This document shows, piece after piece, positions 39,346-50,384 of a stretch of 64,000 nucleotides of DNA. Each line of letters starts with the position of its first letter. Position 1 is the stretch's first letter. Source of the DNA: a virus; the IMG/VR virus record IMGVR_UViG_3300027850_000003, positions 65,970-129,969 of that record; one strand, written 5' to 3'. The notes under the pieces were generated by a model. It saw only the letters and a list, made by a program, of their open reading frames with translations, was not told where the DNA came from and did not search any database. A program made the position numbers and the translations under genes.

Positions 39346-42029
39346 TGACTACTAAACAAATTCCCTTAAATAATATCCTCAACACTTTTAACGAATTACC
39401 CTTAGAACAAATAAATAAATTAGCTGCTTCTCCTGGTACTTTTCTTTATAACCCACTAACTAAAAAAATTCTATTATGCTGTAAAGTTAACACTAAAATT
39501 ACTAATGACCCTCAACCTCTTAAAATACTAGGTAACAAGGAGATATTTATTAGTAATCAAATAGAGCTTCCTAATTTTATAGTAGAACATAAATTAGTTG
39601 GAGGATTTACTCTTAGTAGAAGTTTTGAAAATCATCCTTCTATTGGATTTAATTTGATATGTAGTAGAGATGAGATATTAGCCTTAAGAGGTAAATTTAG
39701 AGATATTGAAAAGAAATATGTCTTCTACGATACCCCTTTTCGATTAACTAATTACTCAGAAGATATAGAGAATAGAAGTGAGCATCCTATAGGTTCTTAC
39801 TCTATTAGTTTATCTTTTGAGGGTTGGTATTCTAAGCTAATCAATACACCTTTCTTTGTTAAAAATAGAGGCAGTCTAACAAGTAGTCAAAACTTTGAAG
39901 CTCCTGAGTGTAAAATTGAGGGAAGCAATATTCCTAAATCTGGTCTGTCTAACTCACTTAATAAGCCTAATGAGTTAGTAATTCCTCTTAGTAGTTTTGC
40001 TAGTAGATTAGGGTTTAACTATTTAGGCTATAACTTTCTATGTAATTATCAGAAACCAGTTGCCCCAGATTTAACTACTACTTTTGCTAGTGAATTAGAT
40101 AGTAGAAAAAGAACTAAAGGACTTTATACTCTTTTTTCTTCTAATGAGGGGGTTAAGACTATTACTTGGGCTAAACCTTCTACTTTCAAAGTTAAGGAAA
40201 GTAAAATTATTAGTAACGTTTCTTACTCGGATAACTTAGCAGAATTAGGGTATAAACCTAGTGAGTTATCTTGGAATCAATCTGGAGAAGAACCTTTAGA
40301 TAATCAAGAAGAAGATACTTTTCAAAATACTCAACCTTCTTGGCTTCAATTAAATATAAAAATTAAAGAAAGTATTCTTGACCCAGATAACGCTACCTCT
40401 CCTCCTAATGACCAAGGATTGATTAAGACAATGGATCTTAACTATGATATGTCAGGAAAGACTAAGATTAAAACTTTTACTAGGAGAGAAGGAACAACTA
40501 TCTTATGGGAAAAAATAGAGACTTGGGGATTTATGTATCTATCCAAAGAAATAGTAATAACGAGAGACGGAGAAAAGATAATTGAAGCTTCTCCTAGTAA
40601 TTATTGGGGACTTACTGAATCTCAAGAGACTACTCATCTATACGATTCTGTTACTGGGTACTACTTAGGAAATAAGATTAGTGGTTGGAAAATGTGTCGC
40701 TTCAAACAAGAATCTTCTACTGAAACAGCTAAACTAGAAATAGAAAAAGAAGGGTTAGGAAACCCTCTTAGTAAAGCTTATGAGGAAGATGTAGTAGTTA
40801 GAGGAGAAAAAGTATTTGAATTAAATGAAGTGGTGGACTGTTATAGATTTAGAGCCGTCCCTATCATTGGTGGAACTCAATATATCTTAAGACAATTGAG
40901 AGATTATTATCAAGATTCTAACAATTCAACTCCTAGTATTCCTTATCAAGTATGTACTAAAGATGGAAAATTAATTACTAAATATGCAATTGACCCTACT
41001 TGGGTTGAGCCTATGTATATTGGAGAAGAATATAATTACTACTCTTGTTATTCTAGGATTGAAGACCCTGCTAATATTGCTTTAAGAAGAGAGTTTAGAG
41101 ACTCCCCACCAGAAACTCCTACTGATAACCCTATTTATAATCCCACATTATCTACTGGTAGAGAACAAGAAGTATATAAAAAAGTATTTATCCACAGGAG
41201 TAAAGGCACTATCCAAGAAGAAGGATTAGGTTTTTCCTCTTCTGGTAGTTCAGTTAAAGATAATTTTATTGGAGATGACAAAGATGGAGTAGAAGATAGA
41301 TATGAAACTCATGTAACTCAACGTTCTGCACAAGATAGTAATTTTAGAAATGCTACTACTACTATTACTGTTGAAGAATCTACTGGTAGACCAGGAGAAC
41401 CTGGAAGAAAACAATTACCTTTTGTACTTAAAACTGAAGAAAGTCTTAAAGAAAACTCAGATATCTATTTCCAAATGATAGAGACTAAGAGAGTGGATAA
41501 GACACAAGAGCCTAAAGATAGCTATAAATACCTCTTAGTTACTCAAGGATATAACGTTAATGACCCAGTACAAGGTTCCGTTTCTTATAATACTAGACAT
41601 AAATCGGAAGCATTTTTAGGAGCTATTACTGATTTAGAAATAGAAGATATGAATAGTAATTGTTCTATCTCTTTTACTACTTTATTTAGACCTAAAATTA
41701 TAGAAGGAAGTAAACTTAATTTTAGTTACTCTTGGGATTCATGGAAGACTAGAGTGATAAGTAATAGTTCCTCAGTTAATATAGTTGGTTATCTTGAATT
41801 AGAAGATGGAACCTTACTCACTGAAGTCACAGGCTCCACTAATTTAAGCTTAGGAATTGATAGTAGTTTGGGAAGCTTGACCTCACTTAAAAAAATTAAA
41901 TTACCAAAAGAACCTGCTCAACCAGAAGTATCTCCTAATAAAAACGATGCTTATATTTTTAATATGTATACTCGTGGTAAAGAACTAGGTAAAATATTCT
42001 ACGGATTTGGTTCTAGATATAGCGGTTAA
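39345..42029 (+). CDS. Large tail tip/baseplate-hub-like protein (putative)
   Basis: 894 aa, beta-rich, position after tape measure. Confidence 0.5.
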   Translation: MTTKQIPLNNILNTFNELPLEQINKLAASPGTFLYNPLTKKILLCCKVNTKITNDPQPLKILGNKEIFISNQIELPNFIVEHKLVGGFTLSRSFENHPSIGFNLICSRDEILALRGKFRDIEKKYVFYDTPFRLTNYSEDIENRSEHPIGSYSISLSFEGWYSKLINTPFFVKNRGSLTSSQNFEAPECKIEGSNIPKSGLSNSLNKPNELVIPLSSFASRLGFNYLGYNFLCNYQKPVAPDLTTTFASELDSRKRTKGLYTLFSSNEGVKTITWAKPSTFKVKESKIISNVSYSDNLAELGYKPSELSWNQSGEEPLDNQEEDTFQNTQPSWLQLNIKIKESILDPDNATSPPNDQGLIKTMDLNYDMSGKTKIKTFTRREGTTILWEKIETWGFMYLSKEIVITRDGEKIIEASPSNYWGLTESQETTHLYDSVTGYYLGNKISGWKMCRFKQESSTETAKLEIEKEGLGNPLSKAYEEDVVVRGEKVFELNEVVDCYRFRAVPIIGGTQYILRQLRDYYQDSNNSTPSIPYQVCTKDGKLITKYAIDPTWVEPMYIGEEYNYYSCYSRIEDPANIALRREFRDSPPETPTDNPIYNPTLSTGREQEVYKKVFIHRSKGTIQEEGLGFSSSGSSVKDNFIGDDKDGVEDRYETHVTQRSAQDSNFRNATTTITVEESTGRPGEPGRKQLPFVLKTEESLKENSDIYFQMIETKRVDKTQEPKDSYKYLLVTQGYNVNDPVQGSVSYNTRHKSEAFLGAITDLEIEDMNSNCSISFTTLFRPKIIEGSKLNFSYSWDSWKTRVISNSSSVNIVGYLELEDGTLLTEVTGSTNLSLGIDSSLGSLTSLKKIKLPKEPAQPEVSPNKNDAYIFNMYTRGKELGKIFYGFGSRYSG

Positions 42030-42041
42030 TAAAAGTAAAAT

Positions 42042-42341
42042 TCAAAGTAAATACATTGTTTTTTCAAAAATATTCCAGAAGTTGTTGATAGGTTGACGAT
42101 CTACTATAAATCTAGTTGCGAGATGGAAATTATCATATAAATGAGAAAAGTTATTATTATAAACACTTAAAAGACATCCATTTTTAAAGTATTTAATATC
42201 GCAAGGTTCTAGAATACTCCAGTAATTTGGATCTCCTATCTTACTACTAGGGATATAAAATTCTATAAGATTAAATAATTTATCTGGTAAGTCTAATATC
42301 GTATCTTTTGATAAAAGTATCTTCAAATTAACCTCCGCCAA
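42042..42341 (-). CDS. Hypothetical protein
   Basis: 99-aa ORF with TTG start. Confidence 0.4.
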   Translation of the reverse strand: MAEVNLKILLSKDTILDLPDKLFNLIEFYIPSSKIGDPNYWSILEPCDIKYFKNGCLLSVYNNNFSHLYDNFHLATRFIVDRQPINNFWNIFEKTMYLL

Positions 42342-42389
42342 AAAACATCAATATTGCTAACCATTACGATTGTGTAATACCTACTATTT

Positions 42390-44036
42390 TTACTTTCCAC
42401 TAATATGACTAATTAAACGAATAACAGTTCTCATTTTAGGATCTTTAATACCTGCTCTATCTAGTCCAGCTTCTAATTCTGGATTAGGTCTTAACATATC
42501 AAGAAGAGCTTTACCATCAGTTGCAAAGTCCTTAGCTTTTACAATAGTGTCGTCTATCTCAGGTTGCATTATTTTAGCAGTCCTTTTAGCTAACTCCCTT
42601 CTACTTACTTTCTTATAATCAATACCCTCTTTTTTATATAAATCACTTAAATTTTCTTGTATTCTTTGTAATCGTTGAGTATATCCTTTTGGATTAGTAG
42701 TTTGAAGATTACCAGATTTTATTTGACCCATGAGAGTTTTTATCACTTTAGGTTTAACTACTCTTGAATATACCAACGACTCAGTAGCACTAGATAGTCC
42801 ATTTTTAGTTCTACTCATCATCTCTCTTCTACCTGTAATAGTTGCTAACGCTTTTTGCCACTCATCATCTCTTACAGTAATATTTAACTCTTCTAGCTCA
42901 GAATTTTTAGCTAAGCTATTCATCTGTCTAATAATTTTACCCATAGGAGCTTTAGGTTCTACTACGTCCCCTAACATTGTCAGTGCTTTATCCTTATTTA
43001 CTTTAGGAATAACTTTCTTTAATAATGCTCTTTTAGAAGGTGAAGGAACAATATCATCTAGCTTGTTTTTTTTTAATAAATCATTTTGTCTAACTAATCT
43101 ATCATTTACTTTCCTACTCGCTTTAGTAATTACCTGTTCTACATCAGCTTTATTTCCAGTATCTAATATAGCTTTAAGACCTTTAGTATCTGGAGGTCTA
43201 CCTAACAAGCTTTCTCTAATAGGTCTAGTAAGAGCTTTCTCCATTTGAATAGTAGCTTTCATTGGAATATCAAGACTATCATAATCCCTCTGAGTATTTC
43301 TCATATTGATTACTGAGGAAGTTACTTTATCTTTTTTACTAGGAACTAATAGATTTTTTCTTGGTTTTACTTTAGCTGGTGACAATAGTTTTATTCCCTC
43401 TTTTTTTACTAATAGTTCAGTAGGTTCTTTTTTTAAATTACTTTTTAGAGGAGTTTCCCACGGGTCAGATACTTTACTAAATCCTGTCTTTTTACGAATA
43501 CCAGAAGCTCTTTTAGATACTTTTAAGACTCTATCTCCTTTTTCCAGCATTCTAGTTCCCGGAGTATTTTTAGTATTCCAAAAGTCTTTTAACTCTGGCA
43601 TATCGTTAATCCTAGAGTCTTTTACTTCAACTAACTTAGGTGTTTTAACTGGTATTACTGCATCCACTTCTTTAATTAATGTAGTAGTTTTATTTAGTTT
43701 TTTTTTACCAACCCCCCATTCATCATCCATTTGTTGAATAAACTCTTTACCAGACATAGATTTTTGTTTCGGAGGAGTCCCTATCGTCTCATTAATTACT
43801 TTTATTGGGTTCCCTGATTTACTGGATTTTGGAATAAGAAGTGAGGGTTTTTTCTTACTTAAGAGCAACGCAACTCCACCTACTCCTATAACCGCTGCTG
43901 TTCCTAAAGCAATATTTCTGTTACGATTACTATCTTCATCTTTTTTACGGAAGAAGTCTTTAACCCTTATTACTTTAAATCCACTCTTCCCTTTTGATAA
44001 CCTACTGTGACCTTTTACCTTATCTTTCCCAAACAT
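42390..44036 (-). CDS. Large basic protein with N-terminal KVKGHSR motif and TM helix
   Basis: IALGTAAVIGVGGVALLL; N-terminal layout as in 3821..4915. Confidence 0.65.
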   Translation of the reverse strand: MFGKDKVKGHSRLSKGKSGFKVIRVKDFFRKKDEDSNRNRNIALGTAAVIGVGGVALLLSKKKPSLLIPKSSKSGNPIKVINETIGTPPKQKSMSGKEFIQQMDDEWGVGKKKLNKTTTLIKEVDAVIPVKTPKLVEVKDSRINDMPELKDFWNTKNTPGTRMLEKGDRVLKVSKRASGIRKKTGFSKVSDPWETPLKSNLKKEPTELLVKKEGIKLLSPAKVKPRKNLLVPSKKDKVTSSVINMRNTQRDYDSLDIPMKATIQMEKALTRPIRESLLGRPPDTKGLKAILDTGNKADVEQVITKASRKVNDRLVRQNDLLKKNKLDDIVPSPSKRALLKKVIPKVNKDKALTMLGDVVEPKAPMGKIIRQMNSLAKNSELEELNITVRDDEWQKALATITGRREMMSRTKNGLSSATESLVYSRVVKPKVIKTLMGQIKSGNLQTTNPKGYTQRLQRIQENLSDLYKKEGIDYKKVSRRELAKRTAKIMQPEIDDTIVKAKDFATDGKALLDMLRPNPELEAGLDRAGIKDPKMRTVIRLISHISGK

Positions 44037-44081
44037 ACTGATTATTAATGTATTATTGATATATCCCTTACTATAACTTAA

Positions 44082-44240
44082 ATGAAAGAAGAGATATTAA
44101 TTAAAGAAATATTAGACATCTTAGGGAAAAATAGAATAAATATAAAAGGAAATATTCTTACTATTGGTAATCAAAAATTGATAATACCTAAGAGTAAGGG
44201 AAATAACACTACTTCTACTAGACCTATTCAAATTCGCTAA
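44082..44240 (+). CDS. 52-aa peptide (not in ORF track)
   Basis: MKEEILIKEILDILGK...; ends 8 nt before the next ATG. Confidence 0.45.
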   Translation: MKEEILIKEILDILGKNRINIKGNILTIGNQKLIIPKSKGNNTTSTRPIQIR

Positions 44241-44248
44241 TAAATAAA

Positions 44249-46717
44249 ATGGCTGTAACTTACGCAAATAGTAGAATTGTTTTACCTAATAGTTGTTGGA
44301 GCATCGCCTCTACTACAGGAGGTCAACTTTCTGCTAAACCTTTATACTTCTCACTTCAAACAGAAAATAGAGTAGGAAGAAATTTATTATTAATATCTTC
44401 TCTTATTAATATTTCTAACTTTGGGAAAATAACTATAACTATTAATTCTCAAGCTAAATTGCCTGCTGAAGAGATATTTAATTATATTATAGGAGCTAGT
44501 AGCTTTTCAAATCCTAATACTTTTTCTCAGATAGCTAAAATACCAATTAGTTCATCTACTACATTTCCTATTGTCTTAGAGATTACTAAAGATGTATTTT
44601 TAAGAACTGGTCATATTACTTCAGAAGATATTACTAATATTCTTAGTTCTGATTTACTTCATGGAATGTTGATTGGTTATACAGTGACAGGACTAATTTA
44701 TGAGTATGACAACTTCGATTCTACTTCTGTAATAGATAATCAATTAGTTCTTTCTACTACTACTAATAAACGATTTAAGGCTAGAGGAAGCTTCTCAACG
44801 TATATTTCCTCAGTTTACGATATAGATGGCTCTAGACTCGATTTAAGAGAGTCTAATGAAATTACTCCAATATTAAATAGTTATAATCCAGATGGAAGTG
44901 ACTCTTCTTCTATTAACCTATGGTTAGATAATCCTAGTGGAATAGTAGTAGCAGGAACTCGAATAACTCTAATAGTTAAGATAAATGAGCTAATAAAGAC
45001 TAACTTATTTGATAAAAAGATTCGCTATATATTTAATGGAGTAGTAAATCTTAATACTTGTGAGTTAAGGACTACTAAGAGAGATGGAATTACACCTTTT
45101 GAAAAACTAGGAATTCCCTTAACTTTTAATAGTAATACTCCTAATTTTAATATTGAGGAATATTTAGAGATAGGTGAAGCGTTATCTTTTAGTATTTACC
45201 TTAATTTCTTAGGAGCAGAGATAAATGATTTTTTACCTGAAAAAGCGGTTATATCTATCTATCCTTCTTTCGTTTCTAATATTGGTAGTTACGTTGCAGG
45301 TTCAGAAGTAATAGGGGATTGTATATTTCCTGATGGGGGAAGGAGAAGAGTGTTACCTTCAACTACTATTTCTGGACTAGAAGTATTGAGCGGTTCAGGA
45401 TTAATTAAGAACTACACTTTTCCTTTATTGCCTAAGACTACTATTTTAGGTCTTATACCAAATACAGATAATCAAAAAGTATTTATTAGCAACTTAGGAA
45501 ATTGTTTTGTAGCTCCTACTGATGTACCTAATAATTCTGCTATAAGAGCTTTTGTGTCTACTAAGAGTGGGCAAACATCTTCTAGTAGTTGGAGTAGTTA
45601 TATTTCTATCACTCAAAATAGTAATTTTACTTTAACTCTTACTCTTCCCACTTCTATTAGGAGTGATTATCCGGATGTTATTGCAACTACTACTTCTACT
45701 TTCTCTATAGGGAAATATATTGTATATGTGCAAAGGCAATCTAACTTAGAGATAAGAAAATTTGAGATTACTTATAATAGTAATACTCCTAATAATTTAT
45801 ACTCTGTAGTTTTACCAGATTGGAGTACAGGGATAGTAACCACTTCTATCCCTACTAATATAGATAATACTTTTAACCTTTACTCTTTACCGTATTTTGT
45901 AGTAGATAATGGATTAGGAAGTGGATTCTCTATTGGTAATTATAGATTCTGTGTCTCTTATAGTTATGATGGAAATCAAGTAACCTCTATAAGTCACGAT
46001 GTAGCTAGAGGATGTATTGTTGAGTTAGATATGCCTTTATCCCAAGCTCTTAACAATATGAAGTATTTAGGAGAACCTTTATTTATGGGACAATTATTAG
46101 CCTTAGACACTACATATATCCCTGATGGACAAAGGAGATATCTTAAGGGAACTGATAATAGTTACTTAGACTTAGTGTTTAATAAATATATGACTGGGGT
46201 AGCTAATAATATTAATATTTTTAGACCTAATAATATTGCTGCTACTTCACCTGGTATTTGGAAAGATAAAGAGTCCGGATTAGACTTAGATCAAGTAACT
46301 CAATATGTGTACTCTTCTATTTATCCTAACCTCTCTACTCTTAATGATTTAATTAGAACAGTCGATGATGGTATTATTCCTTTAATCTTAGCTTTAGGAG
46401 GTGGAGGTGGAAGTGGTGAGTCTCCTACAATTTACCCTTTAATAACTGTTAATGCTACTACTATTTCTCCTGATTTAGATATAAGTGATAAATATTTCTT
46501 TAATACTACTGGGACTCTTAGTAATATCAATAATCCACTAAATATAAATAATGGAGATAAATTTACTATTCAGACTAATAATACAGGAGTTTATAATTTT
46601 GGTAGCTCTTACCACTTACCAGAGAACTATACTTCTGTTATACTTGATGGGAAAGCTAATATAGAGGCAACTCGAAGAGGAACTTCTACTGATATAATTA
46701 TTTATAGTGTTTGGTAA
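44249..46717 (+). CDS. Tail structural protein (putative)
   Basis: 822 aa, S/T/N-rich beta protein. Confidence 0.55.
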   Translation: MAVTYANSRIVLPNSCWSIASTTGGQLSAKPLYFSLQTENRVGRNLLLISSLINISNFGKITITINSQAKLPAEEIFNYIIGASSFSNPNTFSQIAKIPISSSTTFPIVLEITKDVFLRTGHITSEDITNILSSDLLHGMLIGYTVTGLIYEYDNFDSTSVIDNQLVLSTTTNKRFKARGSFSTYISSVYDIDGSRLDLRESNEITPILNSYNPDGSDSSSINLWLDNPSGIVVAGTRITLIVKINELIKTNLFDKKIRYIFNGVVNLNTCELRTTKRDGITPFEKLGIPLTFNSNTPNFNIEEYLEIGEALSFSIYLNFLGAEINDFLPEKAVISIYPSFVSNIGSYVAGSEVIGDCIFPDGGRRRVLPSTTISGLEVLSGSGLIKNYTFPLLPKTTILGLIPNTDNQKVFISNLGNCFVAPTDVPNNSAIRAFVSTKSGQTSSSSWSSYISITQNSNFTLTLTLPTSIRSDYPDVIATTTSTFSIGKYIVYVQRQSNLEIRKFEITYNSNTPNNLYSVVLPDWSTGIVTTSIPTNIDNTFNLYSLPYFVVDNGLGSGFSIGNYRFCVSYSYDGNQVTSISHDVARGCIVELDMPLSQALNNMKYLGEPLFMGQLLALDTTYIPDGQRRYLKGTDNSYLDLVFNKYMTGVANNINIFRPNNIAATSPGIWKDKESGLDLDQVTQYVYSSIYPNLSTLNDLIRTVDDGIIPLILALGGGGGSGESPTIYPLITVNATTISPDLDISDKYFFNTTGTLSNINNPLNINNGDKFTIQTNNTGVYNFGSSYHLPENYTSVILDGKANIEATRRGTSTDIIIYSVW

Positions 46718-46724
46718 AAAAAAT

Positions 46725-47051
46725 ATGAAAAGATTAACGTTACAAGATGAGATAACAAAGCATCATTTAGATAATAAGTATAGTGTGAAAAAAGAAGATT
46801 TAACTAAACTACTAGAAGACTCTACTACAGAAGAAATAATTTTTCATAGTAAAGAGATGGTTATTTCTTTTAAACTTCCTTGTGGGTTTACTGTAGCAGG
46901 AAGAAGTGCAGTAGTTAATCCTAAGAAGTTTGACATGAATATTGGAAGACTTCTTTGTTACGAGGATGCTCTTGGACAATTATGGAAGCTAGAAGGTTAT
47001 CGAATGCAGTGGAAGATGTACCAAGAACAAGGAGAAAATAATGCAGATTGA
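46725..47051 (+). CDS. N4 gp49/Sf6 gp66-family phage protein
   Basis: GFTVAGRSAVVNPKKFDMNIG..A...LWKLEGY. Confidence 0.75.
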   Translation: MKRLTLQDEITKHHLDNKYSVKKEDLTKLLEDSTTEEIIFHSKEMVISFKLPCGFTVAGRSAVVNPKKFDMNIGRLLCYEDALGQLWKLEGYRMQWKMYQEQGENNAD

Positions 47052-47244
47052 ACCTAATGATTATTTACAAAAGCTAATAGAAATTTATCAAGCTCAATGT
47101 AACCAGTATCTTAATGAGAGAATTAGTTTACAAGCTCAACTAGATTTAGTATTGAAAGAGCTAGAGAAAACTGAGACTAAGTTAGCTGAACTAGAAAATA
47201 AAGAAGAGAAAGTGATAGATGTCAACACGAATACTGATACTTAA
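47041..47244 (+). CDS. Small coiled-coil protein
   Basis: 67-aa ORF. Confidence 0.5.
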   Translation: MQIEPNDYLQKLIEIYQAQCNQYLNERISLQAQLDLVLKELEKTETKLAELENKEEKVIDVNTNTDT

Positions 47245-48334
47245 AGATGGGGTTATTAAACCTGCTTCTTCCTCTGATGATTTAGGAATAGGAGGCTCAT
47301 CTCTTACTTTAGGAGTTACATCTATTACTGCATATCGTGGGGATTACGGGGACTTAGCTTATCTTCACTCTCAGATAACAAGTGGAAACCCTCATGGACT
47401 AACTTTAAATAGTCTAGTAGGAACTCAAACTAATAATAGAGTTCTTAGAAGCGACGGGACTAATGTAACATTGTCTCAAGTAAGTTTAACTACTGATGTT
47501 ATTAATACTCTTCCTGCTTCTTTAGGAGGTAGTGGACAATCTAATTACACTATAGGAGATATTTTATTCGCTTCTACTTCTACTGCTCTTTCTAAGTTAG
47601 TAAATGTAGCTACTGGAAATGTACTGCTATCTGGAGGAGTTGGAGCTGTACCTAGTTATGGGAAAGTTGGGCTAACTACTCATATAAGTGGAGTTTTACC
47701 TATTTCCAATGGGGGGACGGGTAGCGCTACTCAGAATTTTGTGGACTTAACTGCTGCTCAAACTGTTGGAGGGGCAAAAACTTTTACCTCACCAGTAGCT
47801 ATTACTAACACCACTCAATCAACGTCATCAACGACTGGAGCTTTAGTAGTAAACGGAGGAGCAGGAATCGGAGGAAATTGCAATGTAGCAGGTTACTTAA
47901 CTCAGGCGGATAGACAATTTAGATGTGCTGCTAGTACAAGTCAATCACTCACTCTGGGCGTGGCGACTAAGATTACGCTAGGGAATATTATAACAAATAC
48001 AGGTGGCCAATATGTTTCAGCTACTTCTAGATTAGTAGCTAGTGGAACCGAAGTATGGAGAATCACTGTTTACATTACATTTAATCTAAGTGTGGCAAAT
48101 AGGATATTACTTTATGTTTACAAAAACGGTGTTGAGGTATCTGGGCTTTCACGGATTTTAGACAATCCCACAAATGCAGGATTCTTTGCAACAACCATTA
48201 CTATCCCTGAATTTCCTTTAGTGAATAATGACTTTTTAGAGGTTTTCGCTCAACCTATAGGTTCTGGTACTGTTAGTGTATTCGGTGATGCAAACCTTAA
48301 TGCTTCTTTTTGGTATGGAAACAGAATAAGATAA
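47219..48334 (+). CDS. Tail fibre / receptor-binding protein with C1q-like C-terminus
   Basis: GVLPISNGGTG, QTVGGAKTFTS, STTGALVVNGGAGI fibre motifs; LYVYKNG..NDFLEVF. Confidence 0.75.
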   Translation: MSTRILILKDGVIKPASSSDDLGIGGSSLTLGVTSITAYRGDYGDLAYLHSQITSGNPHGLTLNSLVGTQTNNRVLRSDGTNVTLSQVSLTTDVINTLPASLGGSGQSNYTIGDILFASTSTALSKLVNVATGNVLLSGGVGAVPSYGKVGLTTHISGVLPISNGGTGSATQNFVDLTAAQTVGGAKTFTSPVAITNTTQSTSSTTGALVVNGGAGIGGNCNVAGYLTQADRQFRCAASTSQSLTLGVATKITLGNIITNTGGQYVSATSRLVASGTEVWRITVYITFNLSVANRILLYVYKNGVEVSGLSRILDNPTNAGFFATTITIPEFPLVNNDFLEVFAQPIGSGTVSVFGDANLNASFWYGNRIR

Positions 48335-48338
48335 TAAT

Positions 48339-48878
48339 ATGAAACTAGAAACCGAATTAAGCTTAACTAGAATCCAAATTGACGAAATCAGTCGATTAGA
48401 GTACGACAATGGAATTCTAACTGTTTACTTTTCTAAATCCCTAAAAATAGGAGATGAAGAAATGGAAGCGGTGTTTGATATTAGTAACCCTGTTAAACCA
48501 AATATCGCAGAAATTCAAGATGCTTTAGATACAATTTTTACTTCTGCATTCCAAGCGAGGACGACGCAATTATCTCCTAATCCATTAGATTCAACTCTAA
48601 TCCTTCCACCTAACTATAAAGCTTTTTATTCTGAACTACTAACTACTGAGTTATTTGGAATTGCTAGATATTCAGCAGGAGAAGATATTCAATCTTGTAT
48701 TGCTTATTCAGATTTTGCTTTAGCTCTTACTAATTCAATTGCAGGAAATGAGAACCCTATAGCTTTTCAAATATGTCTTAATAATATGATTGGAGTTTTA
48801 GGAGATAAAGTTAATTCTGATATATTAGAAGTATTAAGAGAATTAATAAACGAAAACAATTTACCACTAACTATCTAA
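48339..48878 (+). CDS. Tail-fibre-associated protein (putative)
   Basis: Directly follows the fibre gene. Confidence 0.45.
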   Translation: MKLETELSLTRIQIDEISRLEYDNGILTVYFSKSLKIGDEEMEAVFDISNPVKPNIAEIQDALDTIFTSAFQARTTQLSPNPLDSTLILPPNYKAFYSELLTTELFGIARYSAGEDIQSCIAYSDFALALTNSIAGNENPIAFQICLNNMIGVLGDKVNSDILEVLRELINENNLPLTI

Positions 48879-49261
48879 TGGCTACTCAGTATATAACAGA
48901 AACCCTTACTCTTAACGTTGCTCCTACTACTCTTTTTACTGCTACTGCTACTACCTCTTATATTTTAGCTAAATTTTTACTTAAGAATGAGAGAAGTGAG
49001 CCTGGTAAAATTACTATTAAGTTAAATGATAAAGAAGTAGTTAAAGATTTAGTTCTCCCTATATTTAATCAGAAGCCTATAGAACTAGACTCAATCTCTA
49101 AGCTTAAATTATCTAGTAATGATACTTTAGAAATTACTATTATCCCTGATAGTTTAGCTGGTGGAAGTGTCTTTGGTCTTATAGGCGGGTTTCCTTGGTA
49201 TACTCAAGTAGAAGCAAATGCAGCTACAATGATAATGTCCTACGTCATGATTACTACTTAA
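48878..49261 (+). CDS. Hypothetical structural protein
   Basis: 127-aa ORF. Confidence 0.5.
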   Translation: MATQYITETLTLNVAPTTLFTATATTSYILAKFLLKNERSEPGKITIKLNDKEVVKDLVLPIFNQKPIELDSISKLKLSSNDTLEITIIPDSLAGGSVFGLIGGFPWYTQVEANAATMIMSYVMITT

Positions 49262-49290
49262 CTTATCCTAATTAAAAATAACTAAAATAT

Positions 49291-49866
49291 ATGCCACAAG
49301 ATTTTTATTCTACTACTCCTGGGTCAGGTCTTAAAATTGCTGCTGAATCTTATACTGATAGCGGAAACACTCTTTATGTTCCTATCATTAGTAATAAAGT
49401 AGTCACCTCTATTGGTACTAATACTGGAGGAATTGGTACTACTTCTTATGCAGCTAATCAATTAATGGGAACTTCTCAATTTACTTTTTCTGACGTAGCT
49501 CTTAAAGCTGGTTTAGGTGGAGTAATTCAAAATGCTTCTTTATACTGTGAAGTTGTATCTACTGGTCAATATCTCCTAAGACTTTTCAGTAAACCTATTA
49601 CTACTGTATTTGCTGATAGAGCTAATTATGCCTCTTATGCTTTAACTGATGTAGAAGCTCGAACCTTTATTGGGGATATTGAATTCTCTTTCCCTTTAGC
49701 TTCTTCTCTTAACACTACTTACTCAGTTAACGGGATATCAATGGCTTTCTCAACTGATGATGCTGGTTCTCCTGCTATTTATGGATTACTCTTAGCTAGA
49801 AATGCTCACTCTCTCCCCTCTGTAACTGGTCAAGGGATTAGGATTAACTTAAATGTTTTACTATAA
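49291..49866 (+). CDS. Hypothetical structural protein
   Basis: 191-aa S/T/G-rich ORF. Confidence 0.5.
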   Translation: MPQDFYSTTPGSGLKIAAESYTDSGNTLYVPIISNKVVTSIGTNTGGIGTTSYAANQLMGTSQFTFSDVALKAGLGGVIQNASLYCEVVSTGQYLLRLFSKPITTVFADRANYASYALTDVEARTFIGDIEFSFPLASSLNTTYSVNGISMAFSTDDAGSPAIYGLLLARNAHSLPSVTGQGIRINLNVLL

Positions 49867-49871
49867 TAATT

Positions 49872-50384
49872 ATGAAAACACAAAATGTAGTAAAGATTAA
49901 TCCCATAGTAGAAATCACTTCTCCTATATTACTTCAATGTAAGTCAGGGGAGTGTGGGAGATGTCCTAATGGTACTGGGAAAATGTTATGGGTTCCTGGA
50001 GGTATTGTTAATTTAGATGGAACTATTGGTAGTGTCCTTCTTAATTTTCAATATAATTTCTTTGATAAAAGTACACAAAGTGCGTCTCCTATTACATTTA
50101 ATCTTGCAACAGGATTTAACTCTTTAACTAGCACTACTTTCTCTTATAGTAACCCACCTAATAAAGCTTGGGCAACAGCTAATAATGCTAATAATACTAT
50201 TAATCTATCTCCTAGTTTAATGGGAGGAAGTGATATTGTTAGAAATATTAGACTTACTGTTCTTCAATCTACTGGTGCTTGGCTATTCTTTCGTCAACCT
50301 AATCCTGCTATTTCTAACGTTCATGATGCTCTTTGCTTCGAGTATAACCATGAGAGACGATTGATTACTTTTAGATCCTTTTAA
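49872..50384 (+). CDS. Hypothetical structural protein
   Basis: 170-aa ORF. Confidence 0.5.
   Translation: MKTQNVVKINPIVEITSPILLQCKSGECGRCPNGTGKMLWVPGGIVNLDGTIGSVLLNFQYNFFDKSTQSASPITFNLATGFNSLTSTTFSYSNPPNKAWATANNANNTINLSPSLMGGSDIVRNIRLTVLQSTGAWLFFRQPNPAISNVHDALCFEYNHERRLITFRSF

Noticed and set aside
42730-43737. Hydrophobic + strand ORFs 42730..43248 and 43306..43737
   Set aside because: Antisense shadows of the K-rich gene 42390..44036
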